Shown here: positions 36,211 through 48,300 of the stretch, in pieces | How the letters are laid out: each line of letters starts with the position of its first letter | How positions within the stretch are numbered: the stretch's first letter is position 1 | Source: Selaginella moellendorffii | Taxonomy: Eukaryota; Plantae; Lycopodiophyta | Length of the DNA stretch: 50,950 bases | Direction of reading: 5' to 3' | NCBI RefSeq assembly: GCF_000143415.4 | Contig: NW_003314266.1 | Span: forward strand, 4,084,229-4,135,178 | Position numbers and translations under genes: made by a program | The notes under the pieces: generated by a model | What the model saw: the letters and a program-made list of their open reading frames with translations, nothing else | Database searches by the model: none | What the model was told of the DNA's origin: nothing

Positions 36211-37903
36211 TCAGACTGTTATTTTTTGCCTCCAACGCCTATACAATAATCTTGGAATTTCATCACTCTCCACACTATCAGGATTTAAACCCAATAGTAA
36301 TGCCATCTCTTCTCTAATACGTCCACGCTCATGTTCAATGGTCGAAGAACCCATCCGGTTGAGCAGATTATGGAGATGCGGATAGTGCTTGGCTAGACAA
36401 TATACATGCCATAAATGATGACTGGTGTCTGTCCGATCAAATGGCTTCTGATATACCGTTCCATCTGCCATTTGGTTGATTTCTGCAGCCACCTCCTGGA
36501 CTGGCCGGTTTTCTATCACCATCGCTTCAAGCCGTTTTGCAAGGTCCCCCAGAACATACGGTTTCTTCTCCCTAGTTTCCATACTGCAAGAGATGGGGTG
36601 CACTGCATATGTGTGCGTGTTCGCTGCAGTTTTAATCGGCGAGTCATCGATGATGAGGATTTCACTTGACCTAGCAGTCCGGTTCATCACTACAGCCTCT
36701 GCCTTGACGAAGATGGGCTTGCTACCCCTCACATGGACCATAGTCAAGCAATCCTCCTGCGTTAGGAGAAAGTCAAATGGTAATATTACTCGCGTCTGAT
36801 CGTGCATCATCTGTAGCAACGTTAATGCATTGTGGCGCATCATGGATGTCCAAACTCCCAATTGCAAATTGAACCCGGCCCTCTGTTTTAAGTGTCGCAT
36901 GGTCATTATTAGATCCCGCAGTTTCTCCCGTGTGATTAATGTGAATCTGTCTCTTTTGACCAACTTGCGACCGCAGGCTTTGGAGGGTGCAGTGACATTC
37001 GAGGACGAGCCACGCTCATGGGAGAAAAGGACACCGTTCAGATCAAAAACGATACAGTACTTTTGCCGTGACTCTGAAATGAAATGCGTTAGCATAAAAA
37101 ATGGTACAAGTCAATTTTACCATCTACAATATTAGCGAATGGTGCTCCCGATGGTCGTTCAGAGGGTTTTGGTCGAGGAAACGTGAAGGGCGGAAATACT
37201 CTCCTCTGCAATGTGGGGTCAATCGCATCCGATGGCGTGTGGGCACATGCCATTTCAGCTGTAGACTCTGGTACAACTGGCTTAACAGTGGCATGGGGTG
37301 GTTTCGATGGCGTGTGATCACACGCCATTTCAGCTGGTGCCTCCGTTGGCAAAGTGGACATGACCGAACAGGCAGCAGGGGCGGTGTAGGGAGGTTCCAA
37401 CGGCGCGTAGTCAGACGATTGGGCACACGTTGGAAATGAGGATACGACCGGCTCGGCGGCTGGGGCGGCCTCATGCGGGTCCAATGGCGCCTGGTCACCG
37501 TCAGTTGGATACGTGGACAAGATTGACTCAGTGGTATGGGCAGCATCAAGTGGAGCGTGGTCAGCTTGCTTGGCGTTGATATGGATAGTAGCCTCCACCA
37601 GCTCTGATGACTCTTGCAGGCAAGTAGAGTCCACTGGCGGATCCATATGCATGTCCAAATATCTCCCTTCGATTGAGATGGTATCCTCCCGTGCTACTAA
37701 AAACAAACTCATTAGCACATTGAATCGACTATACTGTATTTACCATCAACTGCTATTGAGGAACTAGGACCGATATCACTTGGGCGCACTGCTGATTCTG
37801 AAGGATTGGACATACGTTTCGACCCTTGCTTGGCACTATCCTTCCTCGACACTAAAGGCTAGAGTTTGTATCTTAATTCAACTGAATAATCTCTACTTAC
37901 CAT
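36211..37903 (-). CDS. Cargo gene: FCP1/NIF-type HAD phosphatase-like domain with a Pro/Ser-rich N-terminal region (spliced)
   Basis: Last exon: CIVFDLNGVLF (motif I-like), LGVWTSMMRHN (motif II), FLLTQEDC, PIFVK, ILIIDDSPIKTAAN (motif IV). Inferred exons ATG 37903-37901, 37858-37744, ~37697-37121 and ~37073-36211 join in frame via GT-AG introns. Confidence 0.75.
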
Positions 37904-37964
37904 TTCTTCTGCGACCTACATGGACAATGTTAGAAATGGTAAAAGGTTAGGAATGGATGTACTA

Positions 37965-40900
37965 TTATTTACCTGATGGTTTGTCTTGTATGACCTTCCT
38001 CTGCTGCTCTTTGGCCACCTCAGGCTGGCCATCATTGTCATCATCGTCATCGTCGTTATTGTGATCGTCACCATTGTGAGGACCATCCAAGTCCTCTTCG
38101 TCCTCCTCTTCTTCGTCCTCCTCTTCTTTGTCCTCCTCTTCGTCCTTCTGCTCTTCCTGCTCATTATCTTTCTTTGGCTCCTCATCCCCCTCTTGCATTT
38201 CTTCCATAGGCTGCTCAGGCTGGATTGCTTGTTTTTCCAGGACCATCTTGGAAAAATCATCTGGCCGAGTCTCCATCTCAAAATACAAGACATCCATAGC
38301 CTGTTTTAGTGCGTGACCTAGGACCGTATCCTCACCCGACTGTCTTAACATGGTTTCTGCACGTTCTTGCACCCTTCGAAGACGACGAGATGAGAAAAAC
38401 GTGGCCCTGACTTGAAAAGCATCCCTCATCCATTGTACCTCTCCATTGAGATTGGGGAAGGGGAGTCCGCCATAGGAATCTGAGTCAGGAGGTGGTGACT
38501 GGCTCCTTTCACTCAGCCCTTGATCTGCAATGAATGGCATGAGCACACACGCCATAACCGCGAGGCATTACCTATCATCTTTTCGTTGCCCTTCTTCCTT
38601 TTCGAATCAAACGCCTCTGATCCCGACGACTGTCCAACGTGCTTTCGCTTTTTATGACCACTGTCAGTTTGAGCTTGGCTGGTGCTTGCCTGTTTTGCCT
38701 TTGAAGAAGTGTCTCCTGCAAGGAATGGCATGAGACCACACGCCATTGCAAATATAATTTGTACCTCCTTTTTTCCTATTGCTTGTCTGTTTGTCCTTCT
38801 TCGACGCGCCACCAGTGCGCTTTTCAGTCCTCGTGTCTGAATATTCACAACGATCTATAATCAAAATGGCGTGAGGCCTCACGTGACCTTACCTTGTGCA
38901 GGTTGTGACCTCGGCCTAACATCAGTAGCTGTTAACGCCGTTTCAGCATCTGGGGGTGGCCACGCTCCTGCATACAGAGCTTGTGAGATAACATTTAAAC
39001 TTAAAGTGCGTACTCACCAGGTTCGTAGAGAAGATACTGTTTTTCTTTGGCAACTGTAATTATATGCTCCATTGAAGTCACCTCTTCAATGGAGTTTGTC
39101 ACCGCAACACACGGGACACCCTTGAGTAGTGCGGCTCGAAAGAATAGTCCGCCGCAGTTGTACTCGACAACGCATTTGCCCTTGCAGTCACCCGCTATTG
39201 CGTTGAAGACCCAGCTGAGCATTTCCCATGCTGCACCTGGAGCTTTCTTTGGATTCGAAAGCTCCATAGCCGTCTTCAGTTCCTCAGGCACGGGTAAATT
39301 GACCTCCCTCAGATCAATTCGATCGGCTTTGTTGAATGAAGCTGGGAAGTCACTCCAGTCCCACTCTGCTGCAGGACCAATAACAAGGGCGACTGTGAAG
39401 ATGCGGACATTCGTCGGTATCTTCTTCTTAGCCATTATCCCATGGATCTCCCGCATCTCCTTGCCTTTCAACCGAGCCTTCACCTCGTTCATGGCCTTCC
39501 AGAACTTGTGATAGGATTCAGAGTCGTAGATCATATAGTGGACTGAAGATTCCACCTCCGCAAGTCCCACCATTAAGTCAATGATGGAGCTCACTTCGTC
39601 TGCATGAGTGATCTCCTCGTTTGTGAAGTCCATCACACAAAAGATGTTCTTGACCTGCTCATCTCCGCGGGAAACGATGCTCCTCCACCTTTGATCCTCA
39701 TCCGAATTCACGTATACCCGGTAAGGTTCTCGATAGGCCTCTGCTGCGGGGTCGAGCTGTTTCTGAAGCCGGCGGTCGACATCCCTCTTAATGAAATTTG
39801 GAAACTGATCCAACTTCTCAGCTTTACTTTTCGTGGCATCCCGCAGCAGATCGATGAACTTGGGGGCTCCCTTCACGTACTCGTCGATGTCTTCATTTGA
39901 CAAGTCCAGCTCTTCCATCATCTCTTGCGTGGTGTCGATGCTCACCCTCGCCACGGCCACTTGCTCGAAGATCCAATCCTTCAATAGCGCACGAGCTCTC
40001 AGAGTCGTGCACAAGTCCTCGTATGTCACAATATGGCCGGGAGTCATTTTGGTCTTGTTGAAGACTACCTCACCACGTAGAAGAGCATTAGCCACTGTCA
40101 GAAGGTCGTCGTCGTCTAGAGACCGCGAGAAACGCAAGGCGTTGAGCTTCAAATCATTGGGCTTCCGACCGTCCTCCACACCCATTGAGTTTAGCAACTC
40201 CCCGTCATGGTACCTCCTTAGCACATCTACCCATTTGTCAAAAACAACTTTTGTCGCGAGTAGAATGTTATGGATGCTGAGTGTGTCATTGACCCCCAGT
40301 GTTTTCGAGAGAAGACTCGAGAATTCCTGCAATGGAAATGGCGTGAGGCCACATGCTATGCCACATGCAACGAGGCTTACCTGCCAGGCGCTAGTTGCTA
40401 GTGCACGTCCTTGTCCTGGTTTTTGTGGCTTCTTCAGTTGAACCCAGAGCTTCCGTGTTCGTGCCAATGTCTCGTGCAGACCCGATTTGTAGCACGTTTC
40501 TTGCTTGACATTCTGCGCGTGGGAGATGTATATGATAGATCGGAGGTGCGAGTTGCCTTTTATCAGGCGGACAACTCTTGTCTTGAAGACTTTCTTCACC
40601 TCCTCGCCCACCATAATATCCACAACTATCTGTTGCATCGCCAAGCTAGAATGCTGCCCGGAGACGGCATAGAACCGGATGTTCTGATCGTCCAACACCT
40701 TCCTATTGATCAAGTCTGGAAACCTCGTCTCGCCCTTCATTGTTCGGTAGTAGGGGATCACGTCTGCGATGTCGGGTGTTACTGGACTTGCCAGCATCTT
40801 CTGCTTCAGTTTCTCCACCCACTCATCAGATACTAGCCTGTGGTTGTATTTGCTTTGGATCTCGATACGGCTCACGTCGATTGTATATACTTTGTTGGAA

Positions 40901-41801
40901 TAGTAATAAGTACTATTATCTGCGACGATTTTTGCTGCCTCTTCTTGCTCTTTCTGCTCTTTGCGGCTCTTCTTTTTGGTGGGTGTAGTGTTCGAACCCG
41001 AGGCAATGGCATCACCGAGTAGCTTCTTTTTTGGAGCAGCAGAGTCGGACGTCGGCTTGAGCTTGACCACCCTTTTCTGCTTCGGGGTAGTTTCCAGATC
41101 GACCCCCTTCCCCTTCGCTTCGCAAACTGGAGGCACTCTCAACGGCTCAATGTTGGAATATAGTTTTTGAACATCGCTGTAGGTGAGGTCCGTGGATTCC
41201 ATGTGATCTTCATAGACCCGCAGCGTCTTTGAAATTGTGGGCCTCCTGGACAACCTCTCCCTAGCTCCCTCTAGGAATTCCTCATAGCCGCTGCCCCCCT
41301 CCGGGAAGCCGCTAGGATGTGCAAGGTGGATCTTGAAGGCGGACACTGTCTCTACCACAAGTGCCAGTCCATATTCTTGCATGGAACTGCATGGAGTGTC
41401 TGTCACTTAGATGAGGATCCCCATGCATTCTTTTCTCCCACCATCTGTGTTGTACAGCATCAGATCCTCGCCTTCCATCCCGAAAGTCCAACTGGTGAGC
41501 TCCTCCCCCTTCTCTGCATCCACATTGACAGTGGTTGGAAGAAGAACGCAATTCCTCGCCTGTTCAAAAATGCACAACAATTAGAGCTGACAGATGAAAA
41601 GCTAGCAGCTGGAAATAACGTGAGGCCACACGCCATTCACCACTGCATCAGATGTCTTGAGGCTGCATCCTAAGATGGCGTGAGGCTACACGCCATCTGT
41701 AACCGGACTGCACTCGAGAGCCCAATCGGTGCATGCCAATGTTGCTACTAAATGGCATGTGGCCTCATGCCATTTTCTACTTCGTCTAAAAGACTTACCA
41801 T
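37965..41801 (-). pseudogene. Cargo gene: ParB/DGQHR-like domain, degenerate beta-class DNA MTase-like domain and basic/acidic tail; in-frame TAA at 41409-41407
   Basis: Inferred exons ATG 41801-41799, 41559-40381, 40326-39018, 38967-38893, ~38836-38765, 38715-38572 and 38524-37965 all join in frame. Motifs IDVSRIEI...NHR...FYAVSGQHSSLA and NPKKAP...VVEYNCGG.FFRAALLKGVPCVAV. Confidence 0.7.
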
Positions 41802-43051
41802 TTGAAGCCGAATGGAGGCCGTGACAATCGAGGCCGGACTCGCTGGCGAATGTGCACTGTGTGTGCAGCGGATCGTAGCAGCAAGGCTACTCTGCCACTT
41901 ACAGTTGGAGAGTGGTGCTGAAATCTCCCAGGACGCCAAGTGGGCTGCGTGTGGGTGGTGGAGTGGGCGGCGGAGTTGGCGGCGAAGTTACAAACTGGGT
42001 GTGTCTTGAAGTGGATGCCGATGCACACGAGTGCGATGCGAGCGCGAGTGTGATGCAAGCGCGAGTGGACACCGATGCACACGAGAAACCTGTAGAGAAG
42101 TGAGCGTGATCGCGAGTGGGAGCGCGATGCGAGCGGGAGCGCGAGTGTGATGTGAGCGCGAGCGCGAGTGTGCGAGCGCGAGTACAAAGCAAAATGCAAA
42201 ACCTAACCTCACACGCGCGAAATGTCACAACGGTTGGTAATCCCGCCACGTCATCATTCCTCGGACTTGGGCGCCACCATTAATTTCTGGATTGCCGCGC
42301 GCATGCAAGCACGCAAAATCCAAAAGAAATCCGCAACGTCATCATTCCTCGGACTGCATGCACGCGAAATCCAAAAGAAAGATCATGATTGGGATATCAT
42401 TTAATACCCTCGCTATATTTATACCATGCATGATTGGATATTCCAAAGCATCTTGTATTTCCAAAAATGGCAGATGTTCAGCTAAATAAAGAAATTCTAT
42501 CTGTTTCTATTTTTCTCTCAAATCAATATTATAGCGTGTGGGCTCATGCAATTTTGAACCAAAGAAACCCAAAAATCGTTGGACCCAAAATATTTTGAAA
42601 AAACCCAAAAAACCCTAAACATTTTAAACCCAAAAATCCAGGCGTCCTGTGGCGTTATTCCTTGAATGGCGTGTGGGCGCATGCCATTTTCAGGGCCAAA
42701 TGCTGAATGGAGAAAAATTCCCTTTCAGTGCAAATGCTGCAAGAGGCAGATGCCGAGCACAAAGGACTGTAACTACCTCACATGACACAGATAAACTTTT
42801 CTCTATTTGGCAAAGATAAACTTTATAGCGTGTGGGCTCATGCAATTTTGAACCCAAAAAAATGGTGCAATTTTGAACCATTTTCAGGGGCACATAGGAG
42901 TATATTCCTAGGATATTCTGACACGCGCGAGATTTTTTTGAGTTTTCTGGAGATCCAACCGTTAGATCGCAACTAGATTTTACAGAATGGTATACAATGT
43001 CTTTCTTGATGACCCTGCAAAGAAGCATCTCGCTATCAAGCTACTGAATTG

Positions 43052-43085
43052 CTAAACCCTAAACCCTAAACCCTAAACCCTAAAC
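43052..43085 (+). repeat. Interstitial plant telomere repeat (CCCTAAA)~4.5
   Basis: CTAAACCCTAAACCCTAAACCCTAAACCCTAAAC. Confidence 0.95.
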
Positions 43086-43994
43086 ATGTGGCAAATGCTG
43101 CGTGAAGAAAGATGCCCTTTCTGGGCAAATGCTGTAAGAGGCAGATGCCGAGCAGATGTATCTCAGGCTAGCGAAGGGGACGAACGAAAGCTAGCTATAA
43201 ACATGACGGGATGCAAATAGATTACTAGGCTGGTCCTACGAAAATCAAAAACCATAATTGAAAACATTGAAAATGCAAAAAGAAAGGTTTATAATATTTT
43301 TGAATTTTAGGCAACCAAAGGAATGTAAGTAGGGCATATGTTTGTAAGTTTAAAAATGCCTCAACCACTTAAATTCCCAAGTAAATAAAGCTGTTTCTAT
43401 TTTTGGTACAGGTAAACTTTATAGCGTGTGGGCTCATGCAATTTTGAACCCAAAAAATGCACCAAAAAATTCTCGGCGTCATCTGGCATTATCTCTTGAA
43501 TGGCGTGGGGCCGCATGCCATTTTCAGGGGCACATAGGAGTATATTCCTAGGATATTCTAACACGCGCGAGATTTTTTTGAGTTTTCTGGAGATCCAACC
43601 GTTAGATCGCAACTAGATTTTACAGAATGGTATACAATGTCTTTCTTGATGACCCTGCAAAGAAGCATCTCAATCGGACACCACATGAGACCACACAAGC
43701 CTTACAATGTTTCAGGGGCATTTGCCATAGATCCGACCGTTATTTTGCTCCAAGATTTCACAGTTTGGTGTGCATTGACCTTTCCATCGAAACTGCAAAG
43801 GGACATCACAATCAGATGCGGGATCACAAGAAACTAACTTCACTAACTCTGGTTTCACCAAGATCTATGTAAGGAGTTATGAAATGAAAGGACCCTCTCT
43901 ATTGAAATGTGTTTATGGTCCTAGGGGCATTGTGACATATCAAAGGATTTTGCATCAAGTTCTGTATTTGCATGTTTATCAAGCTACTGAATTG

Positions 43995-44028
43995 CTAAAC
44001 CCTAAACCCTAAACCCTAAACCCTAAAC
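43995..44028 (+). repeat. Interstitial plant telomere repeat (CCCTAAA)~4.5, second copy
   Basis: Identical to 43052-43085. Confidence 0.95.
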
Positions 44029-45358
44029 ATGTGGCAAATGCTGCGTGAAGAAAGATGCCCTTTCTGGGCAAATGCTGTAAGAGGCAGATGCCGAGCAGAT
44101 GTATCTCAGGCTAGCGAAGGGGACGAACGAAAGCTAGCTATAAACATGACGGGATGCAAATAGATTACTAGGCTGGTCCTACGAAAATCAAAAACCATAA
44201 TTGAAAACATTGAAAATGCAAAAAGAAAGGTTTATAATATTTTTGAATTTTAGGCAACCAAAGGAATGTAAGTAGGGCATGTGTTTGTAAGTTTAAAAAT
44301 GCCTCAACCACTTAAATTCCCAAGTAAATAAAGCTATTTCTATTTTTGGTACAGGTAAACTTTATAGCGTGTGGGCTTATGCAATTTTGAACCCAAAAAT
44401 GCACCAAAAAATGCTCGACTAGCATTATTCTTTGAATGGCGTGTGGCCTTATGTCGAGCATTATTCTTTGAATGGCGTGTGGCCTTATATTGCCATAAAT
44501 GGACGTACACACACAGCGTAATTATTCCTTTACACGGCGAATAATCTTGGCGCAGATCGCTGACATGGCATGGCAAAGTTCGAATCACTGACATGGCACA
44601 GCTGGATCGAGGCAAGGACATGATGTGACAAAGTTCAACCTCCGACAGCAAAGTCTAGAAGCTACTCAGTTTGAAATTTGTCAGAGGAATCATAATATCT
44701 GGTTTGTCAGAGGATTTGATGTGACGTTCAAGCGTGTGTTATTTTTGAATTCTCGAACTCATTCCTAGGTCTATCATTTTTGTGCGCCGTGTTCTTGGTT
44801 CCGCTGAGCGCAGTGAGCGCTGCTTGTGTAAGCGGCGTTGTGGGCTGTGGTTTATGCGTCTATGAGCGGTTGCGGCATTGCGAGCGCCATTGCGAGCGGC
44901 AGTTTATGCGAGTGGCAATTTGTGCGAGCGGCGCTACGAGCAGTTGTGGTGTTGCGAGCGGCGCTACGAGTAGTTGCGGTGTTGTGAGCGGCACTGTCTT
45001 TGGTGTGGCTACCGCTTCCTCTTGATATTCGGCACTTGTGCTTCCTGGTATGTTCACCATGGAATGGCTTAGGACCACATTTAGAAATGGCATGAGGCCA
45101 CATGCCATCTTGGGCCCTTGCAATTTCATGGCTAGCGTATTGTCATGTATGTTTTTACTTGCCTGCAGCTGTGTGTATATCAAGATGGCATGAGGCCTCA
45201 TGCCAATTTTGTGAATGCGAAATTTCACGTGGGTGTCAATAGCATGTTTGAATAATGGCATGTGGCCTCATGCTATTGAGGTTGTTTGGTATGTTATGAT
45301 TTAGGCCATTCTCCAATCATTTTTTGTATGGTCTTAACTTCTTTTCTGCACTTTCAGA

Positions 45359-48300
45359 ATGGCCTTCAGGGTTGGGGAAAAGGTTTACATTTTGAATGGT
45401 GGGAAGAGAGTTGCAAAAGGGACCCTTGTGTCTATGGATCGGAACTTTGTTATACACTATGAAAGGCTTGGGGAAGGCAATGCTGCTGTATCAGTAGAGA
45501 CTGTCTTCGATGGGAATGTGGTCGCTATTGAACGAGGAGAGATGGTCGTCGGGGTAAATGTTGTTGTTGCCTTGAAAAATCTTCAGAAGAAAGCAGATGT
45601 TGGGGACAGCGCAAGTGCGACGCATGTTCCCTCCGTGGATCTTAAGAACCGTGCTACATGGATTCAGGCAAAAGTGTTTCTAAACAACCCCGAGGGGGAG
45701 GTGGTAGCTGAGGGCTTAGCCACAGTTGTCGATCCAAGAGATGCGGTTGCTAATCAAGAATTGGGCTGGGATGATATTGGAGTTGCGATTTTAGAGGTTG
45801 TTGACACAGAAGAAAACAGTCTGACTATTGGAAGCATTGTGCGGTGGAAATTGAGGCACTTAGTGTTTGAGAATGTGAAGGATTCACAATCAAACACCAC
45901 TACAACTAATGACAGAACATCTCTTCATGGGAAAAGAAAGTACACCTTCCTAAAGCGCAGCCAAAGGGATCTGAGCAACGAACCGAAAAGGCAGAAAATG
46001 GCGATGGAGGTTCGAATGGTCTCGACAGTTGCTTGTTGCAAGAGGAGGTGCTGTCAACATGCTGATTGGGATGCTATTGAAGAGGAGAGAGCAAGATACA
46101 AGACATTGTCCTGGAAGGCAGCTCGCAATTTTGTGTATGAGGCATTACGGTCATCTGTTGATGCTTCAGAACATCAGGTGGGGGGCATGGTCTTCCAGAG
46201 GGGTTTGGTCTGCATGAAGGCATGGAGAATCATTTATGGAGTCCCTCGAACCACATTCTACAGAATCAAAACTGAGTTCGAGGAACAAAGGGTTCAACAG
46301 GCAGTCCATGGGAACGACGGTACGCACAAAACCAGGGGTCATGTTGTATATGGAGAGGCAATCTTCAAGAGGTTTGTCGAGACATGTAGCGAGCAGCAAC
46401 CACATAAAACCCGCCTCTTGGAAGATGGAACACGAGACACCCAACGAGTTCTCCCTTCCATGTATACCAAGGGGGCCATATTGGAAGATGTGAATCGGGA
46501 ACTCCAGAGTAATGGCTACAGGAAGCTGAGCCAATCTAGATTTAGTAGATTGTGGAGCAACAGGTTCAGGGATGTGAGTATAGGAAAGTACTCCAGCTTT
46601 TCAAAGTGTGACGAGTGCACTGCTATCAAAATGGCTTTGTCGAAGAATTCTTGCAGCGCTCAAGAGCGAGAGACGTTGGTTAGAAGGCGGCTCGACCACA
46701 ACATCGAGCAGAGAAGCTGCAGGACTGCATATTATCATAACAGGATTCTCTCCATGGAGAGACCTGACTCTTACCTCTGCATCATCCACGACAAAATGGA
46801 CCAGAAAAAGACGTGCTTACCTCGACTCAATCCTGCCCCCAAGGCAATCTCTTCATCCATGCAGCTGCCTGTGTCTCTGTTTGGCATAATCGCTCATGGG
46901 CATGGTGCCCAGAACTATGGGAACTTCTTTGTACCTCTATGGGGTGGCGGGGGTGCAAACATGATGATTGCGTCCCTAGCAAAACACTTAAGGTCTCTGC
47001 AAAGTGCGCAGACTGAGCTGAACGGCCAACCCTTGCATAAGGCCCTTGTCGATCGAACCCCATACAGGGTTCAGCTGGAGGAGGAGCAAAGGCTTGCAGT
47101 ATCGCGTGGGGCCCCATGCCATCCCAGTGAATATGTTGGCCGTCAGATTGTAGGGTTATCACGTGAGGCCTCATGCCATTACGACGAGGCTGGTCGCCCG
47201 GTGAATGCACAGCCTCATCCAAACGAAGCAGAATCTCAAGGAAGTTCTTGCGGCCGATGTGGCCTTCCACCCCATCTTCTGCTCCAAACAGACAATGCTG
47301 GCAGTGAGAACAAAAACATGTACGTCTTCGCGTACTTGGCGATGCTTGTTGCCAAAGGCATATTTGAAACGGTTACACTTGGCTTTCTCATGGTTGGGCA
47401 CACTCATGAAGACGTCAATGCCATGTTCAGTCACCTGGCAGAGTCCCTCCGGCGATCCAATGTCCTCACCCTCCCACAACTCTACGATGAATTCCAAAAT
47501 TGCATCAAAGGCACTGTTGAAGCTGCACTTCTGACAGAGGTTCCAGACTTTAAGGGGTTTGTAAGAAGCTACATCAGGGATGGATCCGAAATGCTGATTG
47601 GCCACTCCAAGCCTCTTCAGTTTCATTTCAGCATGTGTGACGGTGCTCCAGTAATGAGGTACAAGATGAGAGAATGGGACACAGTGTGGCTGCCAGTGGA
47701 CGGCATTGAACTCTTCAAGAGAGATCCCATAACTGGGGAACCTATGATTCCTCAGGGTTCCCCACGGCCGATGCACCCGGATGGACTCAAAGACCAGGAA
47801 AGTATAGTGGCCGGGATTAGACAGCATATTGCCTTCTAGAAGAGGGGGTTGGTGTTTGGTGGAGAATCCTATTTTCAGAGGTGCAAGCCTTTGCTCGAAT
47901 ACTGGGAGAAGATTATATCTGCTATCCAAAATGGGCCGGTTGTATATAAAGAATTGGAAGAGTCCTTTTGGCCAGAACCCAGAGCACCAGATAGTAGCGG
48001 AACAATGTCCTCTGGAAATGCAGTGACAGATAACGATGTTGAGGATCACTATTGTGGGCCGAGGAACAAGAAGCCGGATTCAGCATTCAATCCAGTACAG
48101 GTCTGCAAAGGAATGGTCGTGCTTGTCAGACCCAATAATAAAAAACAAATGATATGGGTGGGGCGCTGCATCACTGATGCAGAGGAGGACGCGGAAACTA
48201 ACTCCTTCAATGTAACTGTGGAGTGGTTCAAGCCAAGTTCCGGATATACGAAGGATTGCCTAGAAAAGAGATGGGTGCTGAATCCAAGGGATCCCAGCAT

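Larger units (their letters stand above)
42816..44411. repeat. Internal direct repeats in the divergent intergenic region of the transposon
   Basis: ~43036-43470 recurs at ~43978-44411; ~42881-43031 recurs at ~43521-43671. Confidence 0.9.

Noticed and set aside
43052-44028. True chromosome end or fusion site
   Set aside because: Only ~4.5 units per tract, both in the same orientation and inside an internal direct repeat of the transposon.
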